Assembly: GCA_937921305.1 (NCBI GenBank)
Contig: CAKZSU010000006.1
Location: 1,089 to 65,088 of the forward strand
DNA: 64,000 nt
Reading direction: 5' to 3'
Source of the DNA: an uncultured Patescibacteria group bacterium
GTDB taxonomy: Bacteria > Patescibacteriota > Microgenomatia > UBA10105 > UBA927
Within the stretch, counting starts at the first letter, position 1. Each line of letters starts with the position of its first letter. Shown here piece by piece: positions 39,162 to 48,737 of the stretch. The notes under the pieces are model-generated. The model was not told the DNA's origin and ran no database searches. It saw only the letters and a list, made by a program, of their open reading frames with translations. The position numbers were made by a program, and so were the translations under genes.

Positions 39162-39871
39162 AATTTTGTATAGGTAATCAACATACTAAACCCTTGATAC
39201 ACGCTCTCGATAATTCCGATCGTTCCAACGCTCCATCCGCGTTGCTTCAGATATGAATCAAAAAATCCAGTAAAAAACACGCGAAATAATCTCCATGAAA
39301 CAACTGGCGGATGATTCGAGGAAAAACGAAGATCCGCTTCTATCTCAGACCAATCATTTGTTTGCTGAAGCATATCCTCCAATGTGTTGTGACTTCTATG
39401 AATAAGCGGATGACGCAATGTTCCCACTGATCCTTTAATCCGCGCTGTTTCATGAATTCTTCCTTCCCACCGTTCCAACGCGTCTTTTCTTATCAAGCGA
39501 ATCATTCCGTCCATGTATGGCCAAAGATGATTCATATAGATATTTCTTCTTCTTAAAAAAAACGCTTGATAGATATCTTGCTTTGTCGACAAAAGAATTT
39601 CTTGTTTAAGCTTCTCTGTCACTTCTTCATCTGTGTCCACATAGAATAACCAATCTCCTCTTGCATAAGATGCTCCAGCGTTTCTCATGCGAGAAAAATC
39701 CATCTCAGAAACATGGATCACTCGAGCTCCGGCGTCTCTAGCAAATCGAACAGTCGAATCAATTGATCCATTGTCAACCACAATAATGTCATTGATCCAT
39801 GATCGAAAACTACTAATCAGCGATGCAATTCGAGATTCTTCATTTTTCGTCAAAATAATACAACTTATCAT
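39131..39871 (-). CDS. GT2 glycosyltransferase (KdtX/WaaE-like)
   Basis: Start refined to MISCIILTKNEE; VDNGSID, FYVDTDE, IHE. Confidence 0.88.
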   Translation of the reverse strand: MISCIILTKNEESRIASLISSFRSWINDIIVVDNGSIDSTVRFARDAGARVIHVSEMDFSRMRNAGASYARGDWLFYVDTDEEVTEKLKQEILLSTKQDIYQAFFLRRRNIYMNHLWPYMDGMIRLIRKDALERWEGRIHETARIKGSVGTLRHPLIHRSHNTLEDMLQQTNDWSEIEADLRFSSNHPPVVSWRLFRVFFTGFFDSYLKQRGWSVGTIGIIESVYQGFSMLITYTKLWEKQHRQLL

Positions 39872-39881
39872 ACGAGCTTTG

Positions 39882-40811
39882 TTATGCTTTCTTCCATGAA
39901 TATCGATTTCCAAATCTTCTACACGCCGCATCTATAATTGCGCGCTTTTGTGAAAATGAACCGAAGCGCATCATCCGAATTGCTTCTTTTACCAACGCGA
40001 ATTTTGTTCGAGCAGAGGTATACGAATACCCAAACAACAACCTATTTCGGGTAAAATAATATTGGTGAAACGGATTACCCGGACGATCAGTCGATCCGGC
40101 GTTTTTATGCCAGACAATGGATTTTGGCACATATACTACTCTCCACCCCTGTTGTTTCATCCTCAAAGAAAAATCCATATCTTCCACATACGCAAAATAT
40201 CGTTCATCAAATAGTCCCACATCATCAAAACAAGAAGTTCGAATCATCATTGAACATCCTGTCGCAAAATCAATGTCGCATATTGCATCATACTTACCAT
40301 GATCTACTTCATCAACGCCTCGATGAAATCCATTCACATGATCCCAATCAATCATTCCTCCCGCATACCATAAAACTCTACCCCGATCGCCATCCTGATA
40401 TCGCTCATAGTGAAATTCTCGACCGTTCATAAAATAAATTTTTGATGAAGCGATGCCAATCGATGAATCAGAAAACACATCCAAAAGCGCTTTTAAAGAA
40501 AAAGAATCAACAATAGTGTCATTATTGAGAAGCCAAACATATTCAGCTCCGTCACGCATCGCTTGTCGAATTCCTCTATTATTTCCTCCCGTAAATCCTT
40601 CATTTTTTTTATTTTGAATAAAAAAGACATCTGGAAATTGATCGATCATTGTATCAATCCTTCTATCGTTCGATCCATTGTCAATAACATATATTTTTAA
40701 TGAAATGTTACTCTTTTCAAGTTTCTTAAGGGACGAAAGACAGTTGATGGTATCATCGGTTCCGTTCCAATTCACAATAATAATTGCGACATAGGAAATA
40801 CTATTCTTCAT
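39882..40811 (-). CDS. GT2 glycosyltransferase (WbbL-like)
   Basis: IVNWNG, GFTGGNN, LLNNDT, TGCSMM, FAYVEDMD, RNRL. Confidence 0.92.
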   Translation of the reverse strand: MKNSISYVAIIIVNWNGTDDTINCLSSLKKLEKSNISLKIYVIDNGSNDRRIDTMIDQFPDVFFIQNKKNEGFTGGNNRGIRQAMRDGAEYVWLLNNDTIVDSFSLKALLDVFSDSSIGIASSKIYFMNGREFHYERYQDGDRGRVLWYAGGMIDWDHVNGFHRGVDEVDHGKYDAICDIDFATGCSMMIRTSCFDDVGLFDERYFAYVEDMDFSLRMKQQGWRVVYVPKSIVWHKNAGSTDRPGNPFHQYYFTRNRLLFGYSYTSARTKFALVKEAIRMMRFGSFSQKRAIIDAACRRFGNRYSWKKA

Positions 40812-41719
40812 AGATATCGAGTTAATATCAATCGAATTCGCAACAATAATCGATGAAAAATTGACTTCGCTTCTTGCATCTGTTCATGAATAAGCCAATA
40901 GTTGAAATCTTTTCTCGCTTTTTTCAATTCTCTTGAAATATCCGATAACACAACATCTTGAGAGGGAAATTCACCTCTCTCCCATATCTTCGCAAAAACA
41001 ACAAACGTATAAAACGCCTGAAGCATCGCCAACACCAATCCGTGCATCCCATCTTTATATCCTTGCTGAGCGAAATATATTTTTATAAAGTCGTTTATTG
41101 GCATGCGTATAGCGTCATACCAAACAATTTGTTTGCCCGTTTGTCGCAAATGCAACACTTCATTTTCTGTATAGAGCACATCCATTTTTCTAAGAAATTG
41201 TGAAATCGAATCATAATTATGATGGAGAATAGGAGAAGAAAGCTCCGCTGTTTTTCCATCGACAACAAGATGCTCATGAATATGATTGCAAGGGAATCGT
41301 CCTTTTCCTCGCCTAAATAAACGAAGTTGTTTGTCTGGCCACCATAACCCATGCCGTATCCATTTTCCAAAGATTATATTTTTTCTTGGAATCCAGTACC
41401 CATCAACAGTGCTGCTATCTTTCTTTAATACCCCCCGAATCTCATACTGCAATTCATTTGTGACTTCTTCATCGCCATCAAGATTAAGAATCCAATCTTT
41501 TGTCGCTTGCTCAAATCCAAGATTCTTATTCTTATTTAGCATCGGATCATTCTTCTTATGATATACCTTTGCTCCAAAAGACTTTGCTATATTAGGAGTT
41601 TTATCCGTTGACTCGTTGTCAACAACAATAATCTCGTCAGCCCACGACACAGAACGAAGAACTCGCTCGATATATTGTTCTTCGTTTTTCACTGATAGAA
41701 CAACGCTTATACTATACAT
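40808..41719 (-). CDS. GT2 glycosyltransferase (KdtX/WaaE-like)
   Basis: KNEE, VDNESTD, LDGDE, WPDKQLRLF, IHE, GYKDG. Confidence 0.9.
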   Translation of the reverse strand: MYSISVVLSVKNEEQYIERVLRSVSWADEIIVVDNESTDKTPNIAKSFGAKVYHKKNDPMLNKNKNLGFEQATKDWILNLDGDEEVTNELQYEIRGVLKKDSSTVDGYWIPRKNIIFGKWIRHGLWWPDKQLRLFRRGKGRFPCNHIHEHLVVDGKTAELSSPILHHNYDSISQFLRKMDVLYTENEVLHLRQTGKQIVWYDAIRMPINDFIKIYFAQQGYKDGMHGLVLAMLQAFYTFVVFAKIWERGEFPSQDVVLSDISRELKKARKDFNYWLIHEQMQEAKSIFHRLLLRIRLILTRYL

Positions 41720-43169
41720 AATGCCTCCGATGAAATAATTGAATAAACGAACGAATATTCTGATAATCGATTATCCATAATGTCACCATATATAGTCCCA
41801 TTCCTGCGCCCGCTAACGCAAGAAGTCCTAAAAGCGAATGAGGAATGATTGAAAGAAACAAAGCGTAGAAGACGATTTGAGGAAAAATCGCAAGAAGAGG
41901 ACGAGACGCGTTTCTGTAAAAGTCAAACGGAATAATTCGCCGAACCACATGCAAGACAAGAAACACGCTCACCAATGAAATAAGCATAAGCGCAAACGCA
42001 AATCCATGAAATCCGACCAAGAAAATGAATAACACGACAAAAATCCATGTAGAAATAACCCATCCAATCATAAAATAGAGTGTAATATGAATTTTTCCAA
42101 TAGCGTTTAATGAGTTTGTCAGCGGTGTTGAAACGCTCGCGGTAATAGAACCAATACAAAAAAATAAAAACGAAAGAAACGCTCCCTCCCATTTTTGATA
42201 TTTCGGTATTATCTGAACAACTGGTTGGTAAAAAAATATCATCGCTGTGTAAATCGGCAATACACACGCCATGATGCCAAAAACAGTTCTGTTCAACGCG
42301 ACTCGAAGCGCGTGTTGATCGTGTTGAATCCGAGAAAACGCTGGAAACGTCACTTTCGTAATATTATCCATAATCGTTCGAAGAGGAAGTTCTGAAACTT
42401 TTTTTGCAAATGAAATAAGACCAATAATATCAAGCGAAAAGACCCTTCCTAGAAAAAGGATCATGAGATCATCCTTAAGCAACGCGAGAAATGAATTTGA
42501 TTGAAATGGAATGCCGTATTTTATCAATTTTTTCGCGGATTGCGCGGAAATTCCAATCTGAATCATCCACGGAGCAATCAGATACAACGAGACCAAACCA
42601 ATAATTGCCCTTGCCGTTACGCCATACACAAAGCTCATGACACCAAATCCCTTCCACGCAAAGAATACGGTAACAATATTGAACGAGAGAACTTCAAGAA
42701 TTTGTGGAATCACCAATTTTTGAAATTGAAGACCTCGCTCAAGAAGAATCGATGGAATAGTCTTCAATGAAGAAAGAAAAAAAGAAAACAGTAACGCTCT
42801 GAACAACCAAATACCATCATGATCCAACTTATACATATTTGTTATCCAAGGCGTGAGAAAAATTCCAACAGCAATAATTGTTCCGACAAGAAGTTGTTGA
42901 ATCGTAAACGTTGTGGCAAGATCCTCTCGCGTTACCGATTCCTTCTTTTGAATCAAGGCGCCGGCAAGACCAATATCGGAAAAATATGTTAAAAACGCGA
43001 TAAGAGAATTAACAACCCCAAACACGCCCCAATGTTCGCTTGAAAGAAACGCGGCAAAAAAACCAGTTGAAACAATCCCAACGATCTGAATAATAAACGT
43101 TCGTTGAATGAGAATGAATATACTTGTTGTCGATCGACGTTTAACTTCTTCAAGATTAAGTTCAGTCAT
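41712..43169 (-). CDS. Wzx/WzxC-type polysaccharide flippase
   Basis: DIGLAGALIQ, LLERGLQF, GFGVMS, VTFPAFSRIQ; about 12-14 TM segments. Confidence 0.9.
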   Translation of the reverse strand: MTELNLEEVKRRSTTSIFILIQRTFIIQIVGIVSTGFFAAFLSSEHWGVFGVVNSLIAFLTYFSDIGLAGALIQKKESVTREDLATTFTIQQLLVGTIIAVGIFLTPWITNMYKLDHDGIWLFRALLFSFFLSSLKTIPSILLERGLQFQKLVIPQILEVLSFNIVTVFFAWKGFGVMSFVYGVTARAIIGLVSLYLIAPWMIQIGISAQSAKKLIKYGIPFQSNSFLALLKDDLMILFLGRVFSLDIIGLISFAKKVSELPLRTIMDNITKVTFPAFSRIQHDQHALRVALNRTVFGIMACVLPIYTAMIFFYQPVVQIIPKYQKWEGAFLSFLFFCIGSITASVSTPLTNSLNAIGKIHITLYFMIGWVISTWIFVVLFIFLVGFHGFAFALMLISLVSVFLVLHVVRRIIPFDFYRNASRPLLAIFPQIVFYALFLSIIPHSLLGLLALAGAGMGLYMVTLWIIDYQNIRSFIQLFHRRHYV

Positions 43170-43905
43170 AGCGACGGAGAAGGCGATTCCATGGACGTTC
43201 TCTCAACATGCGAAGCAATCCTTCCAAATCTCTTTGCGCTGTTTTCATAACTCTCACGGTTGATCCCGGATTGTCGATCCATGTTACCGGCTCTTCATAA
43301 ATACGATACCCCGCTTTTTCCGCGATCAGCAATAATTCCGTATCAAAGAACCATTCATTATCTTGAACAAATGGAAGCACCTCTCGAACAACTTGGCGTG
43401 TGACCGCCTTAAATCCGCATTGCGCGTCGGTGAAATGAACCCAAAAGAACAGTTTAATTAACGCAATATATCCTTTTGATGTTATTGTTCGCAGCATTCC
43501 TCGTTTAAAAACACGGCTTCCTTTCGCGTTTCTTGTGCCAATAGCAAAGTCATACCCGCGGAGCAACGAACGAACGAGCGGAGGAAAATGCTTTAAATCA
43601 GTGGACAAATCAACATCCATATACGCGAGAATATCATCGTCAGACTCCATCCATGCTTTTTTAACTGCCCTTCCTCTTCCTTTTTCATCAAGATGATGAT
43701 AGCGAACATGCGGCATTGTTTTACTTAATCGTTTTGCAATCGCTAGGGTGCTATCTGTTGACGCGTTGTCAACTATTGCGATGTTCCAAGAAAAATCTGA
43801 CAACGCGGTTTTCAAGTACTCAGAGATCGTCTTGACACTCTGCTCAAGCTCCGCTTCTTCATTGTACACCGGGATAGCGATGTTAAGAGACGGTTTTTTT
43901 CCCAT
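43162..43905 (-). CDS. GT2, polyprenol-phosphate glycosyltransferase (DPG-synthase-like)
   Basis: PVYNEE, KGRGRA, YMDVDLSTDL, TDAQCGFKA, WFFDTELL. Confidence 0.92.
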   Translation of the reverse strand: MGKKPSLNIAIPVYNEEAELEQSVKTISEYLKTALSDFSWNIAIVDNASTDSTLAIAKRLSKTMPHVRYHHLDEKGRGRAVKKAWMESDDDILAYMDVDLSTDLKHFPPLVRSLLRGYDFAIGTRNAKGSRVFKRGMLRTITSKGYIALIKLFFWVHFTDAQCGFKAVTRQVVREVLPFVQDNEWFFDTELLLIAEKAGYRIYEEPVTWIDNPGSTVRVMKTAQRDLEGLLRMLRERPWNRLLRRYD

Positions 43906-45559
43906 AGGAATACACTAATAATAACACGCTCAAAACGCTTATTATATTTCCTATAAATCGAACAGGTGTATCGATAAATCTCATTTCAATTGTGCTAAAT
44001 CCTTCTGGAATGCGAACAATAGCTCTGCTGTTATCAAGACGAATATATTGCTCTTTGCCATTGACCCAATATCGCCATCCAGGGAAATGCGCGTGCTGAA
44101 GAATTATGTCATGTTGTTTTTGACTCATGATTTCAAATTTTTTATATGTTTCTTTATTGATAGCTTGCTTAAATTGATATACCGTACTCTCCGGAATAGG
44201 AAGTTTTATAATTTCCTCGGCGGATTTCGGTTTTGGGATATCTGGCGGCAAATACTCATCGGAAATTTTTGATGCTCTATATCGAAGATCTTCCTGTGTT
44301 TCAAAACTCGCGGGTGATCGATCATACAGATATTGAGGAACGAAAAATTTTTTGTTTACGAAGATATTTCCAATCATAATCATACAACTTATAAGAAAAA
44401 AACCATATCGATATCGATATCGATGAGGAATCGACAAAACCAAAGAAATTGTTAATAACGATATCCCGAATGCCGTATAAGCAAGAAACCGCCATGGATA
44501 TTGAACATAAGAAAATCCAGGAATTAAGATCCATAAAAATTCAGAAAGACTTGTCATAAAAAAAATCGAAAGCAAAACAACTCCCCAGCCGAATACCCCA
44601 ACAAACACCAACTGATTCTTTCGCTTCCACGAATAAAGCAAAGCAAATCCGCTACTCACCATAATAAAAAACGCCAACTTGCCAAGCATAAATGACAGTC
44701 CATCTTCGCATCCAGAGACAGATCCTCCGTACCCCCATGGGGAATACCAAAATTGACGAAGACATACAAAGTGATCGACAACGTTCGCAGTCGGTCCAAT
44801 TTGCTCTGAAACAGAAATAAATCTCATTTCTACGATCGCTGGAAGCCAGAAAAACGCGGAGAGACCTAATCCGAATAATAAACCAATCTTCAAAATGCCA
44901 AAAGGAAGAACCGATTTCTTTTTTATAACTACAACAATAGCAAAAAATACTAAGAAAAAGAGAAAAAACACTACTGTAGTAAATCCAAGAATCGTGTGAG
45001 ACAAGACAACTCCCGCTACGCCGATTGCTCCAAGATATATCCCTATTCTATATCGTCGCTCAATCAGTGTCGCGTATACCGAACCAAACAAAAACGGAAA
45101 GAACACAAGCGTCCATAATTCTCCAATCGCGCCGCGAACATATAATTGCGTCGCATGATACGGCGCATAAACATACACAATAGCAGCAACTAACGCGATC
45201 ACAATTCCAAAAAAACTGGAATAGATCAACACCATTAGTATGGCTGGAAGCACCATACCGATTACCATCATTATTTTTGTCGCAGCAAGGCCAGAGAAGC
45301 CTAATGCGTAGAAAAAACCGCCGACATAATACGGAAGCGGTCCATAAAAATTAAACAGTGGATATCCATAACCATATCCCAAATCAGAAATCCATCGAAC
45401 AGGAAATTGACCATTGAGAAGAGCTCTTCCCATAGAAACAACTCGCGCAACCTGCGTATCATCATGCATAGGGAAAAATCCATCAGAAAGAATAGGTTGA
45501 ACAACTGGCAAGCATAACACAAAAGACAATAAAACAACAAAAAAATATTTAACGATCAT
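43883..45559 (-). CDS. GT-C membrane protein, 'PTPS-related'/YfhO-like family
   Basis: Start refined to MIVKYFF (ATG 45559; the ORF-track extension overlaps the upstream gene); MHDDTQVAR, PVRWISDLGYGYGYPLFNFY, YVRGAIGE, QYPWRF, HFPGW. Confidence 0.82.
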   Translation of the reverse strand: MIVKYFFVVLLSFVLCLPVVQPILSDGFFPMHDDTQVARVVSMGRALLNGQFPVRWISDLGYGYGYPLFNFYGPLPYYVGGFFYALGFSGLAATKIMMVIGMVLPAILMVLIYSSFFGIVIALVAAIVYVYAPYHATQLYVRGAIGELWTLVFFPFLFGSVYATLIERRYRIGIYLGAIGVAGVVLSHTILGFTTVVFFLFFLVFFAIVVVIKKKSVLPFGILKIGLLFGLGLSAFFWLPAIVEMRFISVSEQIGPTANVVDHFVCLRQFWYSPWGYGGSVSGCEDGLSFMLGKLAFFIMVSSGFALLYSWKRKNQLVFVGVFGWGVVLLSIFFMTSLSEFLWILIPGFSYVQYPWRFLAYTAFGISLLTISLVLSIPHRYRYRYGFFLISCMIMIGNIFVNKKFFVPQYLYDRSPASFETQEDLRYRASKISDEYLPPDIPKPKSAEEIIKLPIPESTVYQFKQAINKETYKKFEIMSQKQHDIILQHAHFPGWRYWVNGKEQYIRLDNSRAIVRIPEGFSTIEMRFIDTPVRFIGNIISVLSVLLLVYSYGKKTVS

Positions 45560-47078
45560 ATCGTTTCGGTATGAAAAATTTATAACCAAGCAATCCGCCG
45601 TAACACAGCATAAAACAGAGAGACGCGCTATTCGCGACAAATCGCGGAATCGTCTCTCGAAACTCGGCAAATATTTCGTGTTCTCCTTTGAGAACAAAAA
45701 AACGAATAAGACCATTTGGATTATCATAGGAGATCTTTTGCGGCAAACCATTGACCAACACACCCCATCCCGGATAATAAATCGAATTAATCTGAAGCAC
45801 GCTATCTTCTTCCGCAATAACGCGAGCTTTGATCGTTTGAGTAGTGGCAACATCAAACACAATCTTCCCTCGTCCTTGCTGAAAAATCATCCGTTTATAG
45901 GATCGCTCTGAGGGAATTTCTCGCACCCATCGCGGCATATATTCTCCTGAAACAGTTGTAGTTGACTCGTTTGTCGCGTAAAATCCTTCTGGATGATTCA
46001 TATACTCAATAAGGCGAAAAAACGAAAGCGCATGAGCGTAAAAAGAAATAATAACCAAAACAATATATAACATCCGAAACCTGTCTCTCAATACATCAAC
46101 TACCAACGCGATGAAATAAGCTGACAAAAAAATTGAAAGAGAAAACATTCGAAATGGAAATTGAAACAATCGAGCAAATGATTCAATTGACCAGACCCAT
46201 TGGGAAAAAGATGTTAATAAAAACAATAGAAAAATATTACTAAAAAAATAAAAAGATATGTACGATTTTTTTAGGAAAAAGATCAATAGCGATGATAATA
46301 GACCAATCGTTGGGAATAGATACGAGAATCGATTATCAAGAAAAAAACTTTGAGGATTTGAAATTATTTTTGAATCAAATATAACGTATCGTTTCTCATA
46401 TAGCGCAGGAAACCAAAAAAATGTCGCCATACCAATACCTAAACAAAATAACAAAATTCCCTTAATATTTCTTCGCAAAGCAAGAAGCAAAAGAAAAAAA
46501 CAACAGAATATCAATGCCACAGAATTATGACTAATAACAAGGAAAAACACCGCAGGAGCGATCAGCATATACCGTTGTCTTTCAATCGCGTACAACACTA
46601 TCGCCGCGAAAGAAAACGCAAGCACCTCGCCGACAGATCCCCGCTCGTAAAGATCAAATAAAAGATAAGGAGAAACAAGATAACTAACGCTGCCAATAAA
46701 CGCTGAAAATGGAGAAACAAATACCCGAAGCCAAAGATAAACAAAGATTCCAGAAATAATAACTGATCCCCCCATAATGATTTTCACAGCGTCAAGAAAA
46801 GAAAAACCAATACCATGAAGCATCGATCCGATGTACAAATATCCTGGATATAAAAAATTTGAAACAGGATATCCATAGCTATTGTTCAACCTTCCTAAAA
46901 ACCGAACAGGAAATTGTCCTTCTCGAAGACTTTGATAAAACGCCGAAAGACGAATAATCATCCAATCGCCATCGTGTGTCACGGGAAATCCCGAATGAAA
47001 CAATGGAATAAGAGAAGCACATGCGGCAAATATGACCGCAACAAGGAACACGATGTGTGTACGATTATGAATATTCAT
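45549..47078 (-). CDS. GT-C membrane protein, 'PTPS-related'/YfhO-like family
   Basis: THDGDWMIIR, PVRF..LNNSYGYP, ERGSVGE, QFPFR, YYPGW. Confidence 0.8.
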   Translation of the reverse strand: MNIHNRTHIVFLVAVIFAACASLIPLFHSGFPVTHDGDWMIIRLSAFYQSLREGQFPVRFLGRLNNSYGYPVSNFLYPGYLYIGSMLHGIGFSFLDAVKIIMGGSVIISGIFVYLWLRVFVSPFSAFIGSVSYLVSPYLLFDLYERGSVGEVLAFSFAAIVLYAIERQRYMLIAPAVFFLVISHNSVALIFCCFFLLLLALRRNIKGILLFCLGIGMATFFWFPALYEKRYVIFDSKIISNPQSFFLDNRFSYLFPTIGLLSSLLIFFLKKSYISFYFFSNIFLLFLLTSFSQWVWSIESFARLFQFPFRMFSLSIFLSAYFIALVVDVLRDRFRMLYIVLVIISFYAHALSFFRLIEYMNHPEGFYATNESTTTVSGEYMPRWVREIPSERSYKRMIFQQGRGKIVFDVATTQTIKARVIAEEDSVLQINSIYYPGWGVLVNGLPQKISYDNPNGLIRFFVLKGEHEIFAEFRETIPRFVANSASLCFMLCYGGLLGYKFFIPKRYDR

Positions 47079-48580
47079 GGGAGGAAATGATGGACAATTG
47101 GTTGAGTAACGCGAAATAATCGAAGTTTCACTGTTGGATTTGTTCCCTTCTGATATTCGCCAATCAATTCAAGCGGCCAATCAGGGGGAGCGCCTTGTGT
47201 TTGATTAAGAATAAGATATGTTGGTCTCTTCAACGCAGATTGAACAATCTCTTGAGGCAATACTTCAGGTAATGGCCATATCCCCTTAATCATAACATTT
47301 GGATTGTTTGCCAAATATATTTCTAACGCGTAAGGAAATAATCCAAATGTTCCCTCTGTATACACTGCGATTGCTCCCTTCTTTGCTTCGCCTCTAAGAA
47401 ATTCAAGGGATTCCTTTACGCCGTATCCAGACGGCCAATCATCGATAAACTGTCCTCTGTCCGCGTACGGGATGGGAGCATACATTGGATTTGTAATAAT
47501 CACATATGAAGCCCACACCGAAGGTAAAAAAACAATCAATGAGAAAAAATTTTTATACCAACGAGATCGAAGAACAGAAAAGATATGATAAAACGAATAC
47601 GCGGCAAGAGGAAGAAGCGGCATAGACATAAATAAAATAAATCGAGGATATAACACTTTTCCAAAATATGCCAATCCAATCAATGGAAGAAAATAATATA
47701 AAAATAATAAAATCATACTTTTCTTTCGAAATGCGAGAGAGAAGAGCGCAAGAAACACAATAGGAATCGTCAAATATCCAATCAACCAGTCAAGCAATCC
47801 TCGAAGGTTTCCAAGAAAAAAAGGATAGAGGAAATAAAAATTCCTAAACGGATGAACAAACACAAAATCCTTCTGCGCGATCATATGAAAAAACGGAGAA
47901 AGACGAAGAATACCATATATAAGTTGAGAAATCACAAGTGATACAAACGCCAACCCGACCCAATGAAGCAATCGCTGTTTCCATCGCTTATGATGGAAAT
48001 CAAAAAGAATCAATATGATAGGCAATAGATACAATGCTATAAATCCAGATGTTTTATTCAACATTCCCGCTCCCAACGACATACCCAACAATAACGCGAC
48101 ATCCAATCGACGATACCGAACCAAAAGAATAGAAAAATAGAGACTCCATATCGCCAACGCTGCGGATAACGAATCATATAACGCAAGACGGTCATACGTA
48201 AGCGAAAAAGGAGAAAGTATATACATGAAAGCGACAATAAGAATGATTTTCTTTGAGCGAAAAAGTTCATAAGAAAGCATTACAAGTCCAACCAATGTTA
48301 ATGCTCCTGCAGATACGGAGACTATCCTACCCGCCAAAAGAGGATCGGCAAATAAACGCAAAGAAACCATCATTATCCACGGGAATAATGGCTGTTTTCC
48401 GTCAGTAAGAGAAATGAAGCGCCAATTCGGATCTTGTCCACCTATTTGCGCCCATCGAATGTAGATTGCCTCGTCGGTAAAAATCGGAAGCGCAGTAAGA
48501 TTAATACTTCTTGTCAGAAAATAGAGAAATAATATCCCAAATCCAATCAAAATCATTTTCCATGTCATTAAAAACTTCAT
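47075..48580 (-). CDS. ArnT/PMT-like GT-C membrane glycosyltransferase
   Basis: PIFTDEAIYIRWAQ, DGKQPLF, YDRLALYDS, WPSGYG. Confidence 0.83.
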   Translation of the reverse strand: MKFLMTWKMILIGFGILFLYFLTRSINLTALPIFTDEAIYIRWAQIGGQDPNWRFISLTDGKQPLFPWIMMVSLRLFADPLLAGRIVSVSAGALTLVGLVMLSYELFRSKKIILIVAFMYILSPFSLTYDRLALYDSLSAALAIWSLYFSILLVRYRRLDVALLLGMSLGAGMLNKTSGFIALYLLPIILILFDFHHKRWKQRLLHWVGLAFVSLVISQLIYGILRLSPFFHMIAQKDFVFVHPFRNFYFLYPFFLGNLRGLLDWLIGYLTIPIVFLALFSLAFRKKSMILLFLYYFLPLIGLAYFGKVLYPRFILFMSMPLLPLAAYSFYHIFSVLRSRWYKNFFSLIVFLPSVWASYVIITNPMYAPIPYADRGQFIDDWPSGYGVKESLEFLRGEAKKGAIAVYTEGTFGLFPYALEIYLANNPNVMIKGIWPLPEVLPQEIVQSALKRPTYLILNQTQGAPPDWPLELIGEYQKGTNPTVKLRLFRVTQPIVHHFLP

Positions 48581-48585
48581 GATGG

Positions 48586-48596
48586 ATTGTATTATA
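48586..48596 (-). promoter_or_regulatory. -10 elements (TATAAT/TACAAT) just upstream of the ATG at 48580
   Basis: Minus strand reads TATAATACAAT-ccatc-ATG at the end of a 157-bp AT-rich intergenic gap. Confidence 0.5.
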
Positions 48597-48737
48597 TCCT
48601 AGATACAATGAGTCAGACAAAATTTTTTCTAAAAAAAGAGCAACCATATCAAAGTTGTATAAAAGTCTCTTGAAACTATGGATATTTCGTAAAATCATCG
48701 AATGAATTCGAATGAAAATTTATAAATCATAAAACAT

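Noticed and set aside
44405-44424. Short ATATCG tandem repeat
   Set aside because: About three units, in frame, encoding RYRYRY in a loop; no sign of function
45560-45862. 101-aa N-terminal extension of the 43883 ORF (and similar extensions at 5691, 7588, 15998, 39931, 58694, 61270)
   Set aside because: Extensions overlap upstream genes or promoters; paralogue alignment and coupling favour the downstream ATGs
10420-47078. Pterin or queuosine biosynthesis role for the 'PTPS-related' proteins
   Set aside because: They are polytopic membrane proteins without the T-fold PTPS His/Cys motifs
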